Shown piece by piece: positions 50,236-59,006 of a DNA stretch of 64,000 bases (position 1 is its first letter; every line of letters starts with the position of its first letter). Source of the stretch: Arcobacteraceae bacterium (lineage in GTDB: Bacteria > Campylobacterota > Campylobacteria > Campylobacterales > Arcobacteraceae). The notes beneath the pieces were generated by a model. That model was not told the origin of the DNA, ran no database searches, and saw nothing but the letters and a program-made list of their open reading frames with translations. A program made the position numbers and the translations under genes. Location of the stretch: contig CBDCZH010000018.1 in the NCBI GenBank assembly GCA_965224485.1, forward strand, positions 43,603 to 107,602. Direction: 5' to 3'.

Positions 50236-50983
50236 TTAATTGGAAAAACTGGGATCAAGAAGTTTATTTCCAGATTCTATTAGACTACCAATAAAACTTG
50301 AAATTCCATTGTAATATCTTTGCATTTCATAATCAATTTTTTGTAGATTTTCACCTTGGAGGGTAGAAAAGAAAGTAAATTCAGCTAATCGTGAACTAAC
50401 AATATCCCCATGCTTTATCGTATTATTAAGAACACGACATTCGTCAGCATCAGAATATCCATCTAATGTGTTAAGTATTATTGACTTTGTTTCGAATAGT
50501 GAAATTAGTTGATCCCAACGATAGGGAACGTTAATATTTTGAATGGGGTGTCCCAGTTTGTAGATGTTCAATATTAGCATAAACCTTTCCCATAAACTTT
50601 TCTGCAGTTGCCCATAAACCTATCACACTAAATTCATCAGAAAATCTTTTGCAACGATCTATGACAGCATCGTGAGTCATAAAATGACTATTAGTTTGGG
50701 ATGCTTGATACGTGAAAAATTCTTTTTCTTCCTCTCCTACAACATTAACTTTGTCTTTTTTCTTTTTTTCTTGAAATAATTGAAATTGTATATCTAAATT
50801 ATCATTTTTTTTATTTAAATCATTGTATATGATTTGATGTAATCGAGCAAGGTCATGCAAATGCCAATCTAATTCAGATTGTAAGATTGATAGTGGACCA
50901 GCAATGTTTGTCATATAAGAAATTGGCATATTTTCATTTCCAATTTGCTGTTCAATAGAGAGTAATGGCATGTATGTTGTCAT
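50236..50983 (-). CDS. Cassette-borne hypothetical protein with HEPN-like motif (one extra C near 50546)
   Basis: Removing one C joins two ORFs (TGTPIQNINVPYRW) into about 248 aa; CRVLNNTIKH resembles a HEPN R-x-H motif. Confidence 0.6.
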
Positions 50984-51019
50984 CAAAGTTCCTTGATTAT
51001 TATAAATTTTGAATTTGTA

Positions 51020-51260
51020 GTATAACTACTTATTAGTAGAACACTTTATACCTATTAACACAAATATTCAGTATTAATAGACATAATTTATGTACCTATA
51101 ATAATGAGAAATAGTGATATTTTGAATATTATGTTCTTTTTTCAATAATTTTCATTAAAATTGATGTCCATTTAAAGCTAAAATACTTGTTATTTGGACA
51201 AAAATGTCTACTAATTATTGAATTTTGTGTTAAAAGAACATAATGTTCTTTTTAAAACTA
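51020..51260 (-). other. attI-like region with palindromic repeats
   Basis: Core GTTATAC (51020-51026) is the exact reverse complement of the cassette R''; nearby TAGTAGAACA/TAATAGACAT/ATGTCTACTA motifs and the palindrome AAAAGAACAT-A-ATGTTCTTTT. Confidence 0.55.
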
Positions 51261-51349
51261 AAGTTTAAATTTACACTTTAATAATAGTATACAAGAAACG
51301 TGTCACAGTTTGTGTCACAAAAAAGAATAAAAGGATTAGATACTGAACT

Positions 51350-51985
51350 TTTATAATTATTAGTTTACATATTAAAATAGTTTGAAATAACTGGTGTTTG
51401 CTCTTGTAAACTTTCAGTTCCCGCTTTCTTACTTTTGTATTGACAAAAAGTAAGCAAAAACAACTACGTTTCGGAGGTCTTCGACTACCTAAAGTTTTTT
51501 TATTTTCTTGCTTAGCCCTAAAACTCGTTAAAATATGCTCCCAGCATATTTTTTCACACTCAGACAGTTATGGCTGGGTTACGCAATAAAATAAAAAAAC
51601 TTTAGCTCCTGCAAATGTAGCAATCAACGGAATAATATTTTGTCTACTTCGTAGATATAGTTTTAATACATATTTAGAAATTTATTTTTATATTGGGCAT
51701 TTTGATTACTTGCTCTACCCCTGCCTTTGAGGAATCTAGAGTTTGAGAGTTTATTTTGCCTGCAAGCAGGATTTTGTCACTGCGTTCTAGCATCGGTAAT
51801 AAGGAAGTAAAGGAAACTTGTTTTAGCATAAGGAAAACTTTACGCGTCATGTTTGGAACCCGGAGGGCTTCAGCAACCGGCAGTCGACTTTTTTGTTTCT
51901 TTTTGATCGATAAAAAAAGATGCCTGAGCATAGCGATACAATCCTGTAAGGGAAAAAAGCGCGAAGGTTCACCTTTGTAAGAGTT
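51350..51985 (+). repeat. Structured non-coding repeat, full copy B (~635 bp)
   Basis: Colinear with copies D and E; many hairpins; ends GGTTCACCTTTGTAAGAG. Confidence 0.92.
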
Positions 51986-52008
51986 CTAAAAGTCAAAACT
52001 ATATTAGG

Positions 52009-52099
52009 TTTTATAATTGTTAGTTTATACTTTAAAATAGTTTGAAATAATTGGCTTTTGCTCTTGTTGTAAACTTTCAGTTCCCGCTTTCTTACTTTT
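52009..52099 (+). repeat. Structured non-coding repeat, 5' fragment copy C
   Basis: TAGTTTATAC...TTTGCTCTTG...AAACTTTCAGTTCCCGCTTTCTTACTTTT, cut at the first hairpin. Confidence 0.88.
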
Positions 52100-52381
52100 A
52101 TGTGGCACATTTTTACTTTGTACTACTGGTGTATTTTAGCATTGCATTTAACAATATCCATACAATATTTTTGAAGAAGGGGAAGAAGAGTTTTTTTCTC
52201 AATTTAATTGAATATATGGGTATTGGAAATTTTACAAAATATTTTATGACTATACGATTAAAATACAATAAGGATATAGGACTTTCAAATGAAGAAATTC
52301 CAAATAGTGATTTCTTATAAAAGAGTGAATTCCAATAAATATGCTATAATTAGGAATACATTCCTAAAAAAGGACTAAAAT

Positions 52382-53647
52382 ATGGATTCTATTTTACTTG
52401 AAGACAATGCTCATTGGATAAATGATGAGAGTTATAATGATTTTGTATCTAGAGAAGCAATAGAAAAAGCTATGTCATATATAGATACAAAAGAGATAAT
52501 TGCTATTATTGGTGGTAGACGAGTGGGGAAAAGTACTTTGGCTAAGTTGATGATACGAAATTTACTTAAAACTGTAGATGCAAAAAATATTTTTTTTATC
52601 AATTTAGAAAAACTAAGTTTTATACCGTATAAAAACGACCCAAATTATTTAGATAAAATATACAATCAGTACCTAAAAATAGCAAATCCAGATTTAAATG
52701 AAAAGATATATTTTTTTATAGATGAAATTCAGATATTTGATAACTGGGAAGTATTTATAAAGTCAAAATATGAAAATAGTAATATTAAGTTTATTATTAC
52801 TGGCTCAAACTCATCATTACTTACTTCAAATTATGCTACTGTTTTAACAGGAAGAGTATTAAAGTTACGGCTATATAGTTTTAATTTTCGAGAATTTTTG
52901 ACTTATAAATCTATTGATTTTTCATCAAAATTAAAAATAGTACAGAATACTGTGAATATAAAACGGGCATTTGATGAGTATCTTATTTGGGGTGGATATT
53001 TCTCTGTTATTTCGACACAAGATATACAAGTAAAAAAAGAATTATTGAAAAATATTGCAGAAGATATTATTTTAAAAGATATTGTACCTAGGTATAAGAT
53101 TAAGAATTCTAGTGAGATACGAGATATGTTTTTTTATATTGTATCCAATGCAACTACACTTGTAAACTATTCTACATTGGCAAATAAACTAAATCTTGAT
53201 GCTAAAACTGTTAAAGAATATATCAATTATTTTGAAGATAATTTTTTGATAACTAGAATATCAAATTATCATCATAAACTGACACAACAAATTAGATCAA
53301 GTAAAAAGATATATTTAAACGATAATGGTTTTTTGAACTTAGGTATAAATCTAAGTAAAAACAACGGAACCTATTTAGAAAATTTGCTGTTTAATAGCTT
53401 GTACCAAAAAGATGAAAAACTTACATATTTAAAAGACACTTATGAAATTGATTTTTTTAGTGAAAATATTTTGTATCAAGTTTCTTACGATATTAGCGAT
53501 GACAAAACAAAAAAGAGAGAGTTTAATGCTTTTAAATATTTTCAGTTCAATGATACTATACAAAATAAACTCATAAGCTATGATACAAATGAGCAAATAG
53601 AAAATATAGAAGTGATAAGTTATGATAAATTTATTTTAGATGTGTAA
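52382..53647 (+). CDS. AAA_14 ATPase with DUF4143 domain
   Basis: GGRRVGKS, FIDEIQ, ITGSNS, LTGR, WGGY, KIYLNDNG, LEN, EIDF. Confidence 0.88.
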   Translation: MDSILLEDNAHWINDESYNDFVSREAIEKAMSYIDTKEIIAIIGGRRVGKSTLAKLMIRNLLKTVDAKNIFFINLEKLSFIPYKNDPNYLDKIYNQYLKIANPDLNEKIYFFIDEIQIFDNWEVFIKSKYENSNIKFIITGSNSSLLTSNYATVLTGRVLKLRLYSFNFREFLTYKSIDFSSKLKIVQNTVNIKRAFDEYLIWGGYFSVISTQDIQVKKELLKNIAEDIILKDIVPRYKIKNSSEIRDMFFYIVSNATTLVNYSTLANKLNLDAKTVKEYINYFEDNFLITRISNYHHKLTQQIRSSKKIYLNDNGFLNLGINLSKNNGTYLENLLFNSLYQKDEKLTYLKDTYEIDFFSENILYQVSYDISDDKTKKREFNAFKYFQFNDTIQNKLISYDTNEQIENIEVISYDKFILDV

Positions 53648-53734
53648 AACACATGGTAAATATCACAGGTACAATCATAAAGTAATGATTGTATAATTTG
53701 ACAAATGTATCTATATGTTGTGGTATGTATCTAC

Positions 53735-53920
53735 AATATACTAATATTAGATAAAATTATAGAACTTAAAAATGGTAATTTTACTAATGATAAAGCCTTA
53801 AAAGGTAGACATAAAAATAAATTTAGAAAAAGAGCAGATAATTATAGAATAGTATATTTAAGAGAAAATGATATTTTATTAATTACATTAATTAGAATAG
53901 TTCATAGAAAAGAGTTCTAA
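53735..53920 (+). pseudogene. 5'-truncated RelE-family toxin remnant
   Basis: KALKG...FRKR..NYRIVY...LITLIRIVHRKE; no intact N-terminus or antitoxin; the stop lies in the repeat junction sequence. Confidence 0.65.
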
Positions 53921-53923
53921 GAG

Positions 53924-54583
53924 TTTTATATTTATCAGTTTATACATTAAAATAGTTTGAAATAACTGGCTTTTGCTCTTGTAAACTTCCAGTTCCCGCT
54001 CTTTTCTTCTTTTGCCAAAAAGAAGAAACAAGAAAGTGTCTACGGTTTCGGAGGTCTTCGACTACCTAAAGTTTTTTTATTGATTTACTTAAAAATAAAA
54101 CTCACTAAAACATGCCTCAAGGCATCTTTTTTCACGCTCTAACAGTTATTTTTGGGTTACGTAAAGAAATAAAAAAACTTACTCACGAGGTTTGCCTTGT
54201 GCTAAAGAGCACAAGTTTTCCCTATTCCCCTGCAAATGTAGCAATCAACGGAATAATATTTTGGCTACTTCGTAGATATAGTTTTAATACATATTTAGAA
54301 ATTTATTTTTATATTGGGCATTTTGATTACTTGCTCTACTCCTGCCTTTGAGGAAGCTAGAGTTTGAGAGTTTATTTTCGGTAACAAGCGAAGCACGTTT
54401 TAGCGAGTTCTGTAGAGTAGAGAAACAATGGAAAACTTATGCTCTTTAGCATAAGGCAAACTTTGTGCGTTAATTCTTGAACTCTAGGCACCCGGAGGGC
54501 TTCATCAACCGGCAGTCGACTTTTTTGTTTCTTTTTGATCGACAAAAAAAGAAAAGAGCGCGAAGGTTCACCTTTGTAAGAGT
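53924..54583 (+). repeat. Structured non-coding repeat, full copy D (~660 bp)
   Basis: Colinear with copy B; contains an internal inverted pair of CTTRTGCT-AAAG-AGCAYAAG hairpins. Confidence 0.92.
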
Positions 54584-55083
54584 TTTATATTTGTTAGTTT
54601 ACACCTTAAAGTACTTTTAAATAACTGGCTTTTGCTCTTGTAAACTTCCAGTTCCCGCTTTCTTACTTTTGTATTGACAAAAAGTAAGCAAAAACAACTA
54701 CGGCTTCATCGGCCTAAAGGCTACCTAAATATTTTTTATTGATTTACTTAAAAATATAACTTCCTAAAACATGCCTTAGGGCATCTTTATTAACGGTCAA
54801 ACAGAAATTTTTGGGCTACGCAAATCAATAAAAAATATTTAGCTCTTGCAGATGTAGCAATCAACGGAATAATCTTTTGTCTGCTAAAGCAGATATTGTT
54901 TGAAGACATATTTATAAATTTATTTTTATATTGGGCATTTTGATTACTTGCTCTTTTCCTGCCTTTGTGGAAGCTAGAGTTTGAGAGTTTCTTTTGTTAA
55001 AAAAGAAGTAAATAAAACTTGTGCTCTTTAGCATAAGGAAAACTTTACTTGTAATGTTTGCACCAATAGGTTCACCTTTGTAA
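54584..55083 (+). repeat. Structured non-coding repeat, copy E (~500 bp, tandem to D, internal 3' deletion)
   Basis: Head-to-tail with D; compensatory changes in stems; ends GGTTCACCTTTGTAA. Confidence 0.9.
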
Positions 55084-55101
55084 TACTTCTTATATTTAAA
55101 A

Positions 55102-56352
55102 TTATGACAAAAGTTTGATTTGACTATCTATGTCACTCTTATACTTTTGAATATCACTATCTTCAAAACCTAAAGTTTCTGCACGTTCTTTAAATGTTGA
55201 AGCAACTTTAATACACTCATTAATGATCGTATTCGCAAGGGTAGATTTAATAGAATATGAACTTGCAATTTTTAAAATATCATCTTTAGTGATTTTTAAA
55301 GCCTTTCCTCCAATAGTAGTAATATGTTGTTTTGCAAGACCTTTTGAATAAGTAATGTCATATGCAGGTGATAAAGACCACTTACCTGATTCATGCATTA
55401 AAAATGCAAAGTTCTTAGCGTGATCATCAAAGTTAAAAACTAATACATTTAAAACCATTCTTTTAAATAGTTCTTCAATATCTTCTTGGCTTTTACATAT
55501 TTCTTTTGTTAGCATTAATAACTGCTCATATGTGCTAACTTGAGTAATTGAAATATCAATATGCATTAATGCTGCTGCTGTTGACATATGAATTTTTTTA
55601 TCATCTTTTGTTCTATCAAATCTCTTTACTAATAAATGAGAAGATTCATTTTCTTCTATTAACTCAAAGTCTGCTGTTTGAATGCCTACTTCTTTTGCCA
55701 TACTCATCATAATAAACTCTAATTTTGTAAGTCCAATACTTCCTACACCTTCATAAATTTCATCAAATTTTATTATTGCTCTTATATACCCTTCTTCTAA
55801 CTTTTGTGTATTTATTTTAATTTTACTAGTTCTCTTATTGTATTGCACAAGCATTTTAGGTCTTCCCCCACCTACAGGAGAAACACTATCGAGAATATTC
55901 ATTAATTCTTGTATTGAGGAATCTTTATTGTTAATACTATTTTTCATTTTTTCATAGGCATCTTTTGCATTGATTACATCTGCTTTTAAAATATCTTCAT
56001 TATGTTCTTTTGGAAGATACTCTATTGCTCCCATACCTCTATTTGCAATAAAGCTAAGTTTATGAAGCAGGGTGATTTCATTTTGATTAAAGCCTTGTCT
56101 TTCAAAATATCTATCAATAAAAGCCATTCCATGTCTATCTGGCAAGGAATCAAAAAACACACCAGGCATTCCTTGATATAAAGACTTGTGTTCTTTGTTT
56201 GTAAATAAATAATCTTTTAAAGGAAGTTTTATAGGAGATATTTCAAGTTTATTAGCAATAAAATTTTTATCGTATTGAAAAAATATACTTCCTTTATGCT
56301 CTAAAAGAGTACCTATTTTTTTACCATAAATATATGCATAAATCTCAGTCAT
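55102..56352 (-). CDS. hipA: HipA-family kinase toxin
   Basis: DSLPD, RGMGAIEY, VGGGRPK, LLVKRFDR, NFDDHAKNF, LSPAYD. Confidence 0.92.
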   Translation of the reverse strand: MTEIYAYIYGKKIGTLLEHKGSIFFQYDKNFIANKLEISPIKLPLKDYLFTNKEHKSLYQGMPGVFFDSLPDRHGMAFIDRYFERQGFNQNEITLLHKLSFIANRGMGAIEYLPKEHNEDILKADVINAKDAYEKMKNSINNKDSSIQELMNILDSVSPVGGGRPKMLVQYNKRTSKIKINTQKLEEGYIRAIIKFDEIYEGVGSIGLTKLEFIMMSMAKEVGIQTADFELIEENESSHLLVKRFDRTKDDKKIHMSTAAALMHIDISITQVSTYEQLLMLTKEICKSQEDIEELFKRMVLNVLVFNFDDHAKNFAFLMHESGKWSLSPAYDITYSKGLAKQHITTIGGKALKITKDDILKIASSYSIKSTLANTIINECIKVASTFKERAETLGFEDSDIQKYKSDIDSQIKLLS

Positions 56353-56656
56353 TTTTACTCCTTCTAACTCTTTTTTTAACTTTGTTAATTTTTGCTTTTC
56401 TAATTTCATCTAAGGAAGTGAACTCTTCAACTTTTACTAATTCTTCAAGTTTTGAGCTTAAATCTAATGCAAATAATAAGTTTATAATATTTTCAAATTT
56501 TGTATTTTTTGTATCCATGAAAGAACGATATGCACTTGCAGATAAACCAGAAGCTTTATATAAATCTTTTTGAGTCATATTTTTTCTAATTCTCTCTTTT
56601 TCAATCATAAATACAAATTGTTCCATGATCTCTAATGATGTGAAAAATTGAAACAC
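56345..56656 (-). CDS. HipB-like XRE HTH antitoxin
   Basis: ERIRKNMTQKDL...SGLS; overlaps the hipA start. Confidence 0.8.
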   Translation of the reverse strand: MFQFFTSLEIMEQFVFMIEKERIRKNMTQKDLYKASGLSASAYRSFMDTKNTKFENIINLLFALDLSSKLEELVKVEEFTSLDEIRKAKINKVKKRVRRSKND

Positions 56657-56925
56657 AATTATTCCTTTTTAGATAATTAAGCTATATTATTAGTCATAAT
56701 TATTTGTTTCTAAATAATTATAACATATATTAATTTCTTTTTCTATAAGTTTTAAATAAAGTGATAATAATTAATTATAGTTTTTGCTTTTAAATATTTG
56801 TCATATATTTATGTTAATTGTGCTTTTCCATTAGCAAATGACAAGTTTTCCTCAATTATTTCAATAAACTAGAAGAAACTAAGCTTCTTAATAATATAAT
56901 TTTAATTATTATTTAAAGGAATATA

Positions 56926-57213
56926 ATGGAATTAGTAAGAGTTTATGCACCTCCTGGTGTATATGGTCCTGAAACAAAAATGAATAAAGCAAATTGTGGA
57001 AGAAAAGCACATTATAAAGAAGTTTCTGTATCATCAGAAGTTAGAATAAAATCAAATGTTATGATAAAAATACATCTACCTACAAGTTTTCAACCTATTG
57101 AATTTATAGGACCTGGAACGAAAGAATTTTTAGTTACAGAAGAGTGTTTCCATATTGGATTTAGTGCTAAAAGTATTGGTCCTGGACAAATTTTAAGATT
57201 TGAGGTGAAATAG
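56926..57213 (+). CDS. Hypothetical protein
   Basis: RBS AAGGA, 95 aa, first of three co-oriented genes. Confidence 0.65.
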   Translation: MELVRVYAPPGVYGPETKMNKANCGRKAHYKEVSVSSEVRIKSNVMIKIHLPTSFQPIEFIGPGTKEFLVTEECFHIGFSAKSIGPGQILRFEVK

Positions 57214-57215
57214 TT

Positions 57216-57602
57216 ATGAAGTTTTTATTAATATTAACATTATTTATAGTTTCACTATCTGCAAGAATAGATAATAGATTTTTTGTTATTAATGATTCTA
57301 TGACATTAGAGTGTAAGGATGTCTTAAAAATAAACAAGCTTAGTAATAAAATGGTTCAAATAGTATATACAAATTCTGGACGAAAAAAGATAAACGATTT
57401 TTCAAGTAAGAATTTAAATAAAGAATTTAGTTTAATTGCTGAGAATACAGTAATATTTTTAGATATGAAAATAACAAAACCTTTAGCTGCTAATCATATT
57501 ACAATACCTTCCATTGAATTCTATTCAAAAGAAGGAAAGATAGATAAGTTTATAAATAGCTTTAAACATTGTAAGAATCTTTTATCTACAAAATTTAAAT
57601 AA
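57216..57602 (+). CDS. Secreted hypothetical protein, possibly SecDF P1-head-like
   Basis: Signal peptide; VQIVYTNSGRKKINDFSSKNLNKEFSLI resembles the P1 head pattern. Confidence 0.5.
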   Translation: MKFLLILTLFIVSLSARIDNRFFVINDSMTLECKDVLKINKLSNKMVQIVYTNSGRKKINDFSSKNLNKEFSLIAENTVIFLDMKITKPLAANHITIPSIEFYSKEGKIDKFINSFKHCKNLLSTKFK

Positions 57603-57624
57603 TAAATAATTATATGGAGAAACT

Positions 57625-58107
57625 ATGATTCAAGTTACATTTGGATTAACAATGTTTTTATCATTGTTGATTCCTTCTCATTTCTTAATACAGTTATTAC
57701 TAGGTGATATGTATGCAGTTTTATTTTCATCTACTATATCTTCTTTATCAATTCTAATTAGCTTTGGAATAACTCTATTTATTCCTTTTATTATAAGCAT
57801 TATTTTTGTAAAAAAATCAAATTTGATAAGTAGACTTCCTTTCCCCATCCCTAGTCAAAATTTGATGCTCTTAGGTAGTTTCTTTATTCTACTACCATCT
57901 TTTTTGCAAATAATATTATTAATGATTGATAAAATTTATAATTTAACTCTAGTACATACTTATTTTGTATCAATTAAAGGTATGAGTAATATATTATTCT
58001 TTGTTAATTATATAGCTAAAGTGTTATTGATAGTAGGAGTATTTCAACTGTTATTGTCAGTTAAACAAAATAGTAGATATTTATATTGGGATAATACTGA
58101 ACTATAA
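57625..58107 (+). CDS. Hypothetical membrane protein
   Basis: RBS GGAG, four hydrophobic helices. Confidence 0.65.
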   Translation: MIQVTFGLTMFLSLLIPSHFLIQLLLGDMYAVLFSSTISSLSILISFGITLFIPFIISIIFVKKSNLISRLPFPIPSQNLMLLGSFFILLPSFLQIILLMIDKIYNLTLVHTYFVSIKGMSNILFFVNYIAKVLLIVGVFQLLLSVKQNSRYLYWDNTEL

Positions 58108-58172
58108 ACTAGTTTAGCTTATATACTATATTATTCTAGACTTGATTTTATTCTAATTTGTATTTTATTATA

Positions 58173-58550
58173 TTATTTTACAAAAACACTCATATCATAT
58201 ACTTTGTTACTTGTGCCTACTTTTATAAAACCACTACTTACTGTGTAATGCTTATAAATTAGTTCTTTTCCAATGATTAGTTTATTTTTTACTATATGTT
58301 TTGAATTGTATAAGTGACCAATAGAAGTACCTATTCTTACTTTTAGTTCTTCATGATATAAGTTACCAAAAGTGTGTATTTTGGTATATGTTAGATTTTT
58401 ATAGTTTTTACTTGTTTCTCGTTTTCCTTGTAGTTTTTCTTCATTGAAATTTGAGTCATAAATAGATACAACATAAGCACTTAGGACTTTTGAGTTATTA
58501 CTAAAACTTATGTTTACAAAAAGAAATAAGGAGATTAATATTTTAAGCAT
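58173..58550 (-). CDS. Secreted hypothetical protein
   Basis: Signal peptide; last gene of the nap-linked run. Confidence 0.65.
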   Translation of the reverse strand: MLKILISLFLFVNISFSNNSKVLSAYVVSIYDSNFNEEKLQGKRETSKNYKNLTYTKIHTFGNLYHEELKVRIGTSIGHLYNSKHIVKNKLIIGKELIYKHYTVSSGFIKVGTSNKVYDMSVFVK

Positions 58551-58555
58551 AAATA

Positions 58556-59005
58556 TTATGACAACTCATATGTTATTACTCTTTTATATTCCCCACAAGC
58601 AGTTTTCATATAATCATATTTATTTTGATACTTCTTTTTATCTTCATAAGAAATTGGAGTTCTCACTGACTTATACTCAACTAATACACCATCTTTTAAA
58701 ACAGATGAAACTTCTGCGTAAACCCAATAAAAACCCTTGTCTTTTCTTAGGTTTTTAATAACTCCACTCCATTTTCCTGTCTCTTTTAAATTTTGCCAAA
58801 GTTCTTTAAAAATAGCCTTTGGCATATCTGGATGTCTAACTATATTATGTGATTTTCCTATTAATTCATCTATTTCATAATCACTAATATTTGCAAAAGC
58901 TTCATTTGCATAAGTGATTATTCCGTTTAATGATGTTCTTGAAACTATTAATTCATCATTTGGAACTATTGTTTCAAGTAAAAATTCACTATAATTAAAC
59001 TGCAT
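58556..59005 (-). CDS. Stand-alone Aer/CetB-type PAS domain protein
   Basis: IVSRTSLNGIITYAN, HNIVRHPDMP, W..L, KNLRKD..FYWV. Confidence 0.85.
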   Translation of the reverse strand: MQFNYSEFLLETIVPNDELIVSRTSLNGIITYANEAFANISDYEIDELIGKSHNIVRHPDMPKAIFKELWQNLKETGKWSGVIKNLRKDKGFYWVYAEVSSVLKDGVLVEYKSVRTPISYEDKKKYQNKYDYMKTACGEYKRVITYELS

Positions 59006-59006
59006 T

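Noticed and set aside
51232..51252. LexA/SOS box (GAAC-N5-GTTC palindrome)
   Set aside because: The spacer is 5 nt rather than the 4 nt of the Gram-positive box, so no assignment can be supported; kept only as part of the attI-like region
51674..52320. ORFs 51674-51931, 51756-51980, 51847-52110 and 52051-52320 (also 46082-46276 and 54112-54351)
   Set aside because: They lie in or overlap the structured repeat, their frames are not conserved between copies, and they have no RBS or recognisable motifs
51350..55083. rRNA, tRNA, tmRNA or group II intron identity for the GC-richer repeats
   Set aside because: No rRNA conserved blocks, cloverleaf, or GUGCG 5' end with domain V were recognisable; an Rfam search is still needed
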